Origin: a virus
Taxonomy: Duplodnaviria > Caudoviricetes
Direction: 5' to 3' (one strand)
Length of the DNA stretch: 63,636 nucleotides
Virus record (IMG/VR): IMGVR_UViG_3300027370_000004
Location: 1 to 63,636 of that record
Positions 38,401 through 47,244 of the stretch are shown here, piece by piece. Below the pieces are notes generated by a model. It saw only the letters and a list, made by a program, of their open reading frames with translations, was not told the origin of the DNA and did not search any database. Each line of letters starts with the position of its first letter. Within the stretch, counting starts at the first letter, position 1. Made by a program: the position numbers and the translations under genes.

Positions 38401-41400
38401 TGCGAAGTGTTCGAGCCTGAGAGATCGCCGCCAGCGGTGAAATTCGTGCTCCCCGATCCACTGCCGGAAGCCGCAATCAGGATCGGTACTTGGCATGGAG
38501 TCGAAGTATTGCAGGTTCCCGTGGTTGCGCCTGCGACCAATCCAACTCGCAAAGGTCCGTCCGTCCCCGAGCAGTAGCCGCGTCCATTTACTGACGAAGA
38601 GACTTGCGAAATCAGGTAGAACTTGTTTGTCGTGAGATCGCAAGAGCTTTCTGTCAGAGCCGTGGGATACAAGCCGCCAATCTGAATGTCAGTCGGGTTG
38701 CCGATGGATGAGCCAGCGTAGACGATGCCGATTGCGCCATTCGTATCCCCTGAATCCGAGATCGTGATTCTGACTGCATTGGCTTGAACTAAGACGCCGC
38801 TAGAGCAATCCGATGAGAAGTTCTGGCAGAATCGGGCAATAGAACCTTCTTTGCCCGTAGTCGAGGCTCCTGCTTCAAATGTCTGAATGATTTTTACGCT
38901 GCCATTTTTCCCCGACGCTGGCGCATGCCCGGTTTGCAGGATTGCGTTGCCACCCGTCCCCGTTGAATCATTCGTATTTCCGCCCGTGACTGCGATGCTT
39001 CCACCATTGTTCCCGGCTGAGGTCGAACTCAACCAGCTTCCAGCCAGCAGATTGATATTCACATTCGAGAGCGCCGCCGCCACTTGATCCAAGGGGATTG
39101 AAGGATTGCCCGGCTCCGTAAACCAGTTATTTCCATCCGTCCATAGGGTCACGCCTTGTTGAATCGAAAGATTCCTTGGGGCGGTTAGGCCGTCAAGCGT
39201 GACTCCACTCGCGCCGCCGCATTGCTGCCCGTACAGCGACGTTTGGCCCGGAGGGGTTACTGAGAGGTAGTTCGGCCCGGTCGAGGGCGCAAATGAAGGA
39301 CTCCATGTGTAATTCGGCGGATAGCCATTCGCTACGCCGGGGATCGGCAAGCAGACTGTCGTGCCATTCGTATTCGTCGCCGCTGCTTTGCCTTTGTCAT
39401 CTGAACTTGGGCAAGGGACGGCGGTCTGCGGATTTGGCACTAAGAGCGCGGAGCAATTCGGAACGCTGGCCACTCCATACCCTGCCGTCGTCGTGGGCTG
39501 CGGTGTGTAAGTATTCGTCGTCGTGCCTGTTAGTCGAATCGAAGGCCCATCCGAGAGATGCAGGACGCCGCCGTTGTTTTCGATTAGATCAAAATAGGTT
39601 CCGTCAAAGCAGGTTGTCGCTGTTCCCGAGAGTCCAAGGATGGGGCAGTTCGAGACGCCTTGGAAAGTTTGATTTTGGGTGATCTGCTCTCCGGTGATTA
39701 CAAGCACTCCAACGCCAGAATTAAGCACCGTCGATTGGGGCTGGAGGCAGGTTCCTGCGCCATTGCAGCCCGCTGGATAGGGATTAATCGTCGCGCTTTC
39801 ATTCGCGCCCGTCTGACTCCAAGTGCAAGTGCTGACTCCCGTTGCGTCGTTTGTCGAGCACGTGGCCGGAAACGTGCCATTGAATGAGGTCGTACCGCCA
39901 GTAGAGTTGGAAAGCGTAAGCAATGTTCCGGACTGCGTGCCCAGATTCCCGTTGTCTGAGTTCGCGTAGGTTGTGCAGGTTACCACATTGGAAGCACGCG
40001 AACACGCGGAAACGTTGGTATTCCATCCCGTCAATTCCTTTGAAGGCTTAAGAACCGTTGTCGCGTAGGCGTTGGCATCTTCCACTACATCGACGCCATT
40101 GGTCCCAGTGAAGATCGGTGGCGGGTCGAAGACAGTATAATTCGCAAAGGGAGAAAGATTAATTCCAATCGCGGCCCGGTTGACTTGAATCCCTTCAAAT
40201 GTGTTTCCAGTGGTCAGGGATTGCGTGTCGCCATCGACCTTTACGCCAAAGGTATTGCTTCCTCTGGAGAGGACTGTATTTTCGAGCGCCTTGCCTTTGA
40301 ATTTATTTGCGCCGCCGTTGTATACCGAGATGCCGCCTTCGCAGTTTTGCGACTGCACATCTACAGACCATTCCGAGCCGGTTCCTGTCGAGGCCGTGTG
40401 ATTTCTCTCGCCAATGTCGATACCACGCGATCCCGCAATCACGTCGGTCGATCCGGCATTCTGACAATTAAACTCTCCGCCCAGTACGGTAATGGAAGCA
40501 GTTTTTCCAGTCGTGAAAATGCCGTACTTTGTCATCCACGTATAGGGATTGATTAGCGTGCCGAACTGAGTGAAGTTTACGCCGCCATCGAGATTAAATC
40601 CGCCGCCCACCGGGTAGCCGTAGGCCGCCACATTGGTCAGCAAGAAATCTCGCGTGGCTTCGATGTGGATTCCCGATAATCCATTTCCGGTCACGTCCTG
40701 AAATGCGACATCCTTGAGGATGAACCCCGAGGAATTGGCAGTCGTGCCGTTGCCCACGATCATTCCGTCAATTCCACTTTTAGTTTGAATGACTGTGCAG
40801 GCCCCTCCCGTCCCCAAAGACCCTCCGCCCCAGATTTCCATGCCTTTCGTGAGGCCGATATTCCAAGCTGCACTCTCATAGAAGTGGCCGCAGGGCAGAA
40901 CGATAATGCACCCTACCTGTGTACTGGTTTGCGGGCAAGATGCCGTAGCCGTGCTAAAGATTGAAGCGTTATCTGTGGTTCCGTCGCCAACTACGGGAGG
41001 AATAATTACAGGCAGAGAGCCGGAGCACACCCAAGATGTTCCGTTCCACGCCTCTACTTGGCCATTCGTGCATGTTTTTAGTAGCCCTAGAGTTGTTCCC
41101 GTGGCGACTAAGCCGCCGCCCGAAGTGGCACCAGTGATCCCTCCGCCCCCGCCGCCTCCTCCACCGATGGTTACCGCGAAAGGCCCATACACCGTAGAGC
41201 CGCTGGTTAAGGTGTAGGCATACGTTCCAACCTGCGTCCAGACGCCGAGATTTCCCAAAACGTCGCTAGTGGTTTGGCAGATATTGCTGCCTTGAAGCGT
41301 GATTGGTTGTGTGCTGGAGCATGGAGTGCTGAGAGTAGAATCCGTATACGTTGGCGCATAGTTTGTGCAGGCCGAGCCTTGCGTGCTGTTCGCCGGGTAT

Positions 41401-41558
41401 TCGCACCAATTCAATTGCACGTTCGGGATCGTAATCAGGTAGGGAATTGGGCCGGACGAGACGGTAACGACTCCGGCAATAGGGCCGCCCAAATCCCAGC
41501 GTTGTGCATAGGCGCACGAACACACAACCGCAATGAACAGCAGCAGTTTCTTTATCAT
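35418..41558 (-). CDS. Signal-peptide-bearing tailspike/fibre-like protein (2046 aa) with two beta-helix regions
   Basis: MIKKLLLFIAVVCSCAYA|Q; N-terminal head-binding-like segment (TYTDSTLSTP...GNLGVW...GTY.Y); VGDGTTDN pectate-lyase-3-type start. Confidence 0.75.
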   Translation of the reverse strand: MIKKLLLFIAVVCSCAYAQRWDLGGPIAGVVTVSSGPIPYLITIPNVQLNWCEYPANSTQGSACTNYAPTYTDSTLSTPCSSTQPITLQGSNICQTTSDVLGNLGVWTQVGTYAYTLTSGSTVYGPFAVTIGGGGGGGGGITGATSGGGLVATGTTLGLLKTCTNGQVEAWNGTSWVCSGSLPVIIPPVVGDGTTDNASIFSTATASCPQTSTQVGCIIVLPCGHFYESAAWNIGLTKGMEIWGGGSLGTGGACTVIQTKSGIDGMIVGNGTTANSSGFILKDVAFQDVTGNGLSGIHIEATRDFLLTNVAAYGYPVGGGFNLDGGVNFTQFGTLINPYTWMTKYGIFTTGKTASITVLGGEFNCQNAGSTDVIAGSRGIDIGERNHTASTGTGSEWSVDVQSQNCEGGISVYNGGANKFKGKALENTVLSRGSNTFGVKVDGDTQSLTTGNTFEGIQVNRAAIGINLSPFANYTVFDPPPIFTGTNGVDVVEDANAYATTVLKPSKELTGWNTNVSACSRASNVVTCTTYANSDNGNLGTQSGTLLTLSNSTGGTTSFNGTFPATCSTNDATGVSTCTWSQTGANESATINPYPAGCNGAGTCLQPQSTVLNSGVGVLVITGEQITQNQTFQGVSNCPILGLSGTATTCFDGTYFDLIENNGGVLHLSDGPSIRLTGTTTNTYTPQPTTTAGYGVASVPNCSALLVPNPQTAVPCPSSDDKGKAAATNTNGTTVCLPIPGVANGYPPNYTWSPSFAPSTGPNYLSVTPPGQTSLYGQQCGGASGVTLDGLTAPRNLSIQQGVTLWTDGNNWFTEPGNPSIPLDQVAAALSNVNINLLAGSWLSSTSAGNNGGSIAVTGGNTNDSTGTGGNAILQTGHAPASGKNGSVKIIQTFEAGASTTGKEGSIARFCQNFSSDCSSGVLVQANAVRITISDSGDTNGAIGIVYAGSSIGNPTDIQIGGLYPTALTESSCDLTTNKFYLISQVSSSVNGRGYCSGTDGPLRVGLVAGATTGTCNTSTPCQVPILIAASGSGSGSTNFTAGGDLSGSNTSQEVTGILSHNLPTLAIGGLCWTGSALTWGSCSTSSITINNGTGITGGGTGSTFTLSLTAPAVLNNQVNTFGAFLQTFQGNILLTPGSDPGSPSTGQVWYATSGGLSYYDGTTKQRVMNTLTPVTLAQNNLSGAANGTLPYVTGGAFAALPIGGTGYLMNVTGSGLPGWNSNLVWSTGNLSVNGTVTATSFIGTGPYYLKTTYPSGSVTPTAGQSAFAVSSDTNWYLSVNGGTFGQIPFYPTGQVAADQIVVGLSAGVYETLTFPACADTGGNHLNYTHSGGITCGTSGGGGSGVITGYCDTTKATGANAGLRIAACLATSGVVVADASGETATLTFSTSLTMTSTTGQVVILPPATIVEGSGNTINISGNHNIIECNEWRSCTLDGSTNGALGTVNITSGKDSHILGVAIKGGSLTNQAGTEVTMSGAYHTFEHGSVDFAGSFGVSQANCYRCKTIDSHFNHSVKAAWGVNTGTINLSAMSGSGTLATATTSAASLVGSTGNQMQVAVGTCSDTTYNGQFQATSTGTTSFTYNTLTSVVSGSPTGCTYTVPSVGNEFLDNKGANNNTVDTGDAEVGITSSGGLGLTDGTIIRGNYFYNDLPVCNGDTTGATALAVTSIVISGTTATATVPINPNLITSPVASTVVIAGATTTGGSINGNQTIVTASSTQFTFTTSVGSQTATGTITYVVAGHGTNAHGCSEMYQMTDKATATEFAGNEGLNSWREMFATSGTGNRIHDNKCVNPNAINGGNGCFMMSVTHNGGLETQGYFGDSTFTHNTAVLTNSLTTPYCYSIQLGTGVTNIVEQNIVIADNICDSTGGGSFAQGIRNYDPSTAGTLTITNVDFHDNQMFATAPTQFSVTGGGVTVVGAPRSANNSTGTPTCTFTSGGGTSPACTLDTGSSDTSGIIIATTGSGSPAGTGTITLTFTVPQGYNKPSCTYTASDAGAGAWNGIAVLKDKTPTTASDLFTWTNGTTPTALTASTAYWLNYHCGPK

Positions 41559-41632
41559 TTGCGTTCTTGGTTTGCCAGCTTTGCGGCCTGAAAGATTACC
41601 CAATCCACGACCCTTTGCCAGAGTTTCCGCAT
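41555..41632 (-). CDS. 25-aa peptide bridging two large genes
   Basis: TAA-ATG junction at its 5' end and ATGA overlap at its 3' end. Confidence 0.5.
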   Translation of the reverse strand: MRKLWQRVVDWVIFQAAKLANQERK

Positions 41633-44600
41633 TTAGTTCACGATGGTATAACTCACGCATAACGGGTTGGTCACAATTGCGACATTGTTAGCGATGGTGA
41701 AAGACGCTCCCGCTGATCGCGCCGATATGGTCAGACCGCCAACGAGAGTTGCCACCGTAGAGTTGCAGGTAACTCCCAGCTTTGTTCCCAGCGTGTCGTC
41801 TGTCTGAACGAAGATTTCACTGTTGGCTGTAACGGCGGTAGTGTTCACCACGATAGAACTGGATACGGCATTCGTGGGAAGGGCTACTGTACCCGCCGCT
41901 GCTGAACCACACACCGCTGGAGATGCAGAACTAGAGCAATTTGTCGTGGTCCTATAACCGCCAGCCGACACAGTTGCACTGGCCCCTATAGTGCCGCAAG
42001 TCGCCGTAGTGCAGCCCCAAGCAATCGAGCCGCTGGTTGCTCCAAGGTAAGTCGTGGCTCCCGTGGTTCCTCCCACGTTTCCCACGGTCTGAGCGGTAAA
42101 CGTAGCGGAATTTGGAGTGGTTCCACCGATAGCCGGAGGGGCAGCGAGTTTGGCTATTGTGCCCGCCGTGGTCTCAAGTTTGGTGGAGTTGTCACTCGCG
42201 GCCTGCGTTGTGGCGGTGATGCCGTTGTTGAAAGCGCCCGTAGCGCTGCCGTTGCCAGCATAAAGATTGGTGCCACCATCTTGAATATTGCAGGTGATTC
42301 CGGAAAAGGCACAAATATTGGTCGAGGTAAGAGCCGTGGTAGGCGTGCCGTGATTGTAGGCGAAATTGTACAGGGTAGTAGCTCCGCCTCCATTGCCATT
42401 AGTGCCTAGATACAGACCTGCAAAGTTGTTTTGGTTGCTGGGACCTCCGCCCGAACCACCACCAGACAGATAAATACCCCCATTCGCTGAACCGACAGGC
42501 TGAAATATGTTATCGGCAGCCAGCCCGGACCCCGTGTAACTGCTTAGCCCAAAGTTCGTATTGAAAACGCTGAATACTCCCGCAGTAGTGGCGATTTTAG
42601 TCGAGGAATCACTGCTGCTTTGCGTTGTGGCCGTCGTGCCGCTCGGCAGCGCCGGAGTACCCGACAGGTTAGCCGCCGTTCCTGAAGTATTGAACGCCCC
42701 GGTCCCCGTCAAGTTAGTGACCACACCGGAAGTGGGCGTGCCGAGAGCGCCGGAATAAGTAACCAATCCTCCTGTAGCGTTCGTCGCAGCGCCGAGCGCG
42801 GTCACTACTCCAGTTCCCGGAGAAATCGTGGTTCCCCATGAAGTCCCGCTAATAACTTGCGGAATGCCCGTGCCACTCGGATAGGTTATTCCACTAGCGG
42901 GGCACGGGCTTCCCGAACAAGTGAACCCTGTAACCGTTAAAGCTCCCGCTTGGCTTACCGTGGCATTGGCGCTGCCGAGATTGAGCGTTCCGCCACTGTT
43001 CAGCACCGTCCCATTATCGAAAGAATTACCCGCACGAAGCACCCATGTCGGCGTCTGGTCGAATTGCGCCGCACTGCCGTTGAAACTCCCAGCAGTGAGA
43101 TTGTTATTGAATTGCGTTATCGCGGTTGCGTTGAATTCGTATGCATTAAAGGTCGTGTGTTTGAGAACATAAGCCGTCGCCGAGGCAATGGCGGTCGGCG
43201 TGTCCAGCTGGATGTAATTCGCAGCTGGAAAACCTGAGATCGGGTCGCAGGTTCCAGCGATGAACAGGCAACGATTCGTCGAGCCTTGCGCCCAAGTGCT
43301 ACCTGTGACGTGAACCCAGTAGGTAGCCGTGCCTGTACAAGTAGTGCTCGACGTGGACGCCACGGAGCAAGCCGTGCCCGTAGAATTAGACAACTGATCG
43401 TCCACCACCAGATTATTGCCGAATACGGTGAGCGCCCCACCTACATAAATCGCCTGATTCGCTCCACTCGCGGAATAGGCTTCGGCGTTCTTGACCACAT
43501 TGCCATAGACCTCAGTGGCCGAACTGCAATTGATTCCCTGCCCATCCGTTCCGGGCTGGCCATATCGAATTACATTGTAGGTAACCGAGATATCGTTCGA
43601 TGCGGGAGACGCGCCGCAAGTCACATTCCCGTCAATGATGTCGTTGTGCGCGACCGTGAGCCGGCCTATAAACGTTCCGGCGTTGACCACCGCTCCAAGA
43701 TTGATCGACCCTTTATGGAAGTCGTTGTGTGCGATGGTTGCGCCCGTCGCGTTCACCGTGTTTCCCGTCTGCTGTGCGAAATAGACACCCGCTCCGCCGC
43801 CCGTCGTGCCATAGAAATGATTGCTGGTATAAGAACTGTTTGAGACTGAGCCGAAGATGCTGCAAGTCTGACAGCGGACTGTATTTCCGCTGAAATTCAG
43901 GCCAGCCGCCATGTTGCCATTCTGGTCCTGCCCCGCCTCCACGGGATTGACAAGGTTGGGATTGGAAGCGGTGAGATCGAACATGTTGTTAGTCGCCGAT
44001 ACGTTTGACTGCGTAATAACCAGCAGCGATCCGGGAGTGCCCGTGGCCGAAGTCTCAACAAACAGATCGTTGTAGATCGACACCCCCGTCGAAGGGTACG
44101 GAGTGTTCCCCGCGTCGATGCCAACCGCGCTGCTTCCGGTTGCACCATCCGTTCCCGTGGCTACCAGAAAGATGTTGTCGTGGTCTCTGCCTTTGCTTGC
44201 GCCATGCCACTCGATATCGCGGTCGGGGGCGAGGCCAGTAGTGCTGAACGTTACATGGTCCACTTCGCACTGCACGCAATCAAGAGTAACTGGCGTAGAG
44301 ACGGTATTAATGGTGGATGATAAATTGTCGTTCCACACAATGGACAAGTTGCTGACATGCGCCCCGGTCACGCCCGTTCCCGCATAGAACAATTCGCACG
44401 CCGGGTCGGTCGATATGCGATTCACGGTGATTACCGTTTTGCCCTGCCCTGCACCCTGAATCCAGACGTTAGATGGGATGATGACTCCAGCAGTCGTGCC
44501 GTCTCCACCTGACTGCCACGAAGCGCAATCGCTAGCCGTGTAGTTCCCAGCGGGGATAAACACCCCGCCTAGGCTTCCCGTGGCTGCGGTCGCCGCCGCT

Positions 44601-45115
44601 TGCGTCTGCTCGACGATACTGGCACCGGATTGCGCCGACGCGTTGATCGCGCCGGGAACTGGCGTAACGGATGAACTGCTGGAATATACCAGCGAATAGC
44701 CCGTAGTGCCGGAAGGTATGCTCCCTCCTCCGCCCGAGCTTCCAAACAGTGCTGCATTGACCAGCGACGTTGGCCGATAAGAGATTACCGCCGTCCCAGA
44801 AGCATAGGAAGTGAAGCAGATTTGAAACACATCATATCCGGCCACGCTTGCAACGTATGCTCCACTGGCCGTGATCGTTGATTGTGCGGTTGAAGAAGTG
44901 GAAGGCGTCACCTGCGTATTCACGAAAGCGTTACCGCCGATGGAGACTTCGGGCTGTAAGGTTGTCGCCCAAGTTCCAGTCACCTGAATGCCCAATGTGG
45001 CCACTCCTGTAACGGGAATTTGAGCGCACGCACCAGACGCCGCGAGGGATTGCTGCGCTCGAAGACTTAGAGGGAACACGGACAGAAAAATCAGCCAGAT
45101 AAATAGCTTTTTCAT
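41633..45115 (-). CDS. Signal-peptide-bearing beta-helix tailspike/fibre-like protein (1160 aa)
   Basis: MKKLFIWLIFLSVFPLSLRA|Q; VFIPAGNY, IQGAGQGKT beta-helix; fibre-type repeats TATTQ..SD.STK..TTA (x2). Confidence 0.75.
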   Translation of the reverse strand: MKKLFIWLIFLSVFPLSLRAQQSLAASGACAQIPVTGVATLGIQVTGTWATTLQPEVSIGGNAFVNTQVTPSTSSTAQSTITASGAYVASVAGYDVFQICFTSYASGTAVISYRPTSLVNAALFGSSGGGGSIPSGTTGYSLVYSSSSSVTPVPGAINASAQSGASIVEQTQAAATAATGSLGGVFIPAGNYTASDCASWQSGGDGTTAGVIIPSNVWIQGAGQGKTVITVNRISTDPACELFYAGTGVTGAHVSNLSIVWNDNLSSTINTVSTPVTLDCVQCEVDHVTFSTTGLAPDRDIEWHGASKGRDHDNIFLVATGTDGATGSSAVGIDAGNTPYPSTGVSIYNDLFVETSATGTPGSLLVITQSNVSATNNMFDLTASNPNLVNPVEAGQDQNGNMAAGLNFSGNTVRCQTCSIFGSVSNSSYTSNHFYGTTGGGAGVYFAQQTGNTVNATGATIAHNDFHKGSINLGAVVNAGTFIGRLTVAHNDIIDGNVTCGASPASNDISVTYNVIRYGQPGTDGQGINCSSATEVYGNVVKNAEAYSASGANQAIYVGGALTVFGNNLVVDDQLSNSTGTACSVASTSSTTCTGTATYWVHVTGSTWAQGSTNRCLFIAGTCDPISGFPAANYIQLDTPTAIASATAYVLKHTTFNAYEFNATAITQFNNNLTAGSFNGSAAQFDQTPTWVLRAGNSFDNGTVLNSGGTLNLGSANATVSQAGALTVTGFTCSGSPCPASGITYPSGTGIPQVISGTSWGTTISPGTGVVTALGAATNATGGLVTYSGALGTPTSGVVTNLTGTGAFNTSGTAANLSGTPALPSGTTATTQSSSDSSTKIATTAGVFSVFNTNFGLSSYTGSGLAADNIFQPVGSANGGIYLSGGGSGGGPSNQNNFAGLYLGTNGNGGGATTLYNFAYNHGTPTTALTSTNICAFSGITCNIQDGGTNLYAGNGSATGAFNNGITATTQAASDNSTKLETTAGTIAKLAAPPAIGGTTPNSATFTAQTVGNVGGTTGATTYLGATSGSIAWGCTTATCGTIGASATVSAGGYRTTTNCSSSASPAVCGSAAAGTVALPTNAVSSSIVVNTTAVTANSEIFVQTDDTLGTKLGVTCNSTVATLVGGLTISARSAGASFTIANNVAIVTNPLCVSYTIVN

Positions 45116-45124
45116 GGAGTCCTT

Positions 45125-46594
45125 TCAGTTGTTACGAACAGTGAAAACTCTCTCGCCGCAAGTGTTCGACGTTGAGGCCGTATTGAACGCGCAAGCCGTG
45201 CCCACATATAGTGCGGTTGTGAGGTTGTAACCAAACTGAAATGGCGCTTGGAAAACCGTGGGCGCGGGCGATCCTCCTAAAGCTCCATCCCATGTCACCA
45301 TCGGAACGCAGGCTACTACGCCTCCGCTTCCGGCCACTTCCACGACGCATGTAATCGTAGTTACACCCTCCACGGATGCTGGATTGCTGGTTTGCGCTAT
45401 GAAATTGCTATAACTCCCCAATGACGCTGTGGTTCCCCATCCGAATGCAAAGCTACTGGTTACCGTGATTCCTGGCAGAATGCTGAAATTGCCCGTCAAG
45501 CTAAAGGTTGCACCAACAGAATTCAGGATTCCTGCCGGGATGACGCATGTATTGATTATTTGGCTGGAAGTGGTATTTCCGCTTACTGGAACATACGTGC
45601 CATTCGCGCAGAGTGTTTTACCCGTGCCCGAGCCTGCCTGTATTTCCGGGCCAAACAATTCGATCAACACGGGGACGCTTCCGGGCGAGGATACCGTATT
45701 CAGAATCCTTCCGATTATCTGTCCCGAGGTCGGATAACTTGCTCCAGCATCATGGCCATATCCAGCCGTGATTGTACTGTTCTGGACGTAATCTCCGCCT
45801 ACCGTCGAACCATCGAATAAAAGATTGGTTTCGCCGCTGGAGACGACGACTGCATTTCCCGTAGTTCCCGATGAGACTATGGTTACTCCAACAATGCCGC
45901 TCGTGTCCGATGTTTGGGCCTGCGTGACTGCCGACACTCCGCCTGTATTAGCTATTTTAGTCAACGTGTTCAAGAATGTGCCGCCGACGCTGTAATTTTG
46001 CAGCACAAAGCCCGTAGTAACTCCGCCGAATTGCGGCACGCCGTTGATGGTAGGAGTCACCAACAAACAATCGACTGTCAAGCACAGGCTGCCAGTCCCG
46101 CTTTGTGCTGTACTCGCCAAGGCTGGCGCCCCCCCTGCCGAAATAGCAGTCACGGCCAAAGGCCCGGCGATACTCTGCAACGCTCCGCTGATCGGGTTCA
46201 GGAGCACGGCCTGCGTCAAGAGTATGTCGCCTACATCCTCGATCTGGTCGATAGACCATATCTGCGCATGATTCGAGTCCTGCAAGGTCATTTTGTAAGG
46301 GGCAGGCTGGAGACGGACCTCTGCGGAGCCTAATGAATCAAGGATGATCGGATTTTGATTCTGCGTCAGGTTTCCGAGAGTATCTAAATGAAAGGTAGCC
46401 AATGGAACGGAGGTGCCAGCGGCGTAAGTATAAAGAAACCCTCCGACCAATGGATTGCCGCTGGCATCGAAGGCTTGAAACCTGGGGGGGGTTAAAAACG
46501 GATATGTAATTTGGCCCGAACTATTTGGTACAATTGCGGTCATGGCGAAGACTAGAATGGTGACCCCTATCCAGTGTTTACGCTGTAAGTGCAT
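45125..46594 (-). CDS. Tailspike/adaptor protein with head-binding-like domain and signal peptide (489 aa)
   Basis: PRFQAFDASGNPLVGGFLYTYAAGT..P.AT...NPIILD..G is the podophage tailspike N-terminal type. AGGGG SD before ATG 46594. Confidence 0.75.
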   Translation of the reverse strand: MHLQRKHWIGVTILVFAMTAIVPNSSGQITYPFLTPPRFQAFDASGNPLVGGFLYTYAAGTSVPLATFHLDTLGNLTQNQNPIILDSLGSAEVRLQPAPYKMTLQDSNHAQIWSIDQIEDVGDILLTQAVLLNPISGALQSIAGPLAVTAISAGGAPALASTAQSGTGSLCLTVDCLLVTPTINGVPQFGGVTTGFVLQNYSVGGTFLNTLTKIANTGGVSAVTQAQTSDTSGIVGVTIVSSGTTGNAVVVSSGETNLLFDGSTVGGDYVQNSTITAGYGHDAGASYPTSGQIIGRILNTVSSPGSVPVLIELFGPEIQAGSGTGKTLCANGTYVPVSGNTTSSQIINTCVIPAGILNSVGATFSLTGNFSILPGITVTSSFAFGWGTTASLGSYSNFIAQTSNPASVEGVTTITCVVEVAGSGGVVACVPMVTWDGALGGSPAPTVFQAPFQFGYNLTTALYVGTACAFNTASTSNTCGERVFTVRNN

Positions 46595-47114
46595 GTTTTT
46601 CCCCTGGCAGCAAAATTCCAAACGTGGACCACAAAGATTTTGCAGTCGAGCGTGTAAAGCCAAGCCACTCGCCGAGCGATTCTGGCCTAACGTCACAAAG
46701 ACTGATACCTGTTGGCTGTGGGGTGGACCAAGTGACCGGGATAGATACGGCGTGATTGGTGCTTACCCGAAGCGGGGTAAGAATCTTCGAGCAACCCATG
46801 CATCGCTCATTCTCCACAATCGCGGGGTTCCAGACGGAACGGTTATTTTGCATACCTGCGATAATCCGCCGTGCGTGCGACCAGATCATCTGGTTCCCGG
46901 TACTCATCGCCTTAATCGTGCTGACACTATTGCGAAGAATCGACACGCCAAGGGGGAGAGAGATGGGCGAAGCAAACTCAAGGAGAATTCCGTCCTTGAG
47001 ATAAGAGACCGATTCGCGCGCGGTGAAACTATGGGCTTCATTGCGCGAATTTTTAAAGTTTCGGATGTACAAGTCTCCAACATCGTTCGCCGCAAACAAT
47101 GGAAGCACATCTAG
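46542..47114 (+). mobile_element. HNH homing endonuclease inserted antisense at the 5' end of the tailspike gene
   Basis: CLRC...FCSRAC zinc ribbon, ERFWPNV...CWLW, LHTCDNPPCVRPDHL...N, HTH tail. TG-G-TACAAT 7 nt upstream. Confidence 0.9.
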
Positions 47115-47168
47115 CGCGATGCAGCCCAGTGCTAGAATTGCGAATATGTGGATTGTTTTCTTGGCCAT
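46578..47168 (-). CDS. Orphaned signal peptide read through the antisense HNH (possible coupling ORF)
   Basis: MAKKTIHIFAILALGCIA, then the antisense HNH. Stops just past the ATG at 46594. Confidence 0.45.
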   Translation of the reverse strand: MAKKTIHIFAILALGCIALDVLPLFAANDVGDLYIRNFKNSRNEAHSFTARESVSYLKDGILLEFASPISLPLGVSILRNSVSTIKAMSTGNQMIWSHARRIIAGMQNNRSVWNPAIVENERCMGCSKILTPLRVSTNHAVSIPVTWSTPQPTGISLCDVRPESLGEWLGFTRSTAKSLWSTFGILLPGEKHALTA

Positions 47169-47244
47169 TGTGATTACGCTTTTAGATTCTCACCGCGAAC
47201 AAAGGCGTAGACGCTGGTATCGTAAGTTTTGGTTCGGCTACTGA
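47146..47244 (+). CDS. 32-aa TM peptide, leaderless antisense moron
   Basis: TG-C-TAGAAT (47130-47138), ATG 7 nt later; MWIVFLAIVITLL...RRRRWYRK. Confidence 0.5.
   Translation: MWIVFLAIVITLLDSHREQRRRRWYRKFWFGY

Noticed and set aside
41559-41660. ORF-track N-terminal extension of the 2080-aa protein
   Set aside because: The signal peptide starts at 41558, and the gap is explained by a 25-aa ORF in another frame.
27300-46500. Many short + strand ORFs opposite the giant genes
   Set aside because: These are shadow frames without RBS or recognisable motifs, except the HNH at 34900.
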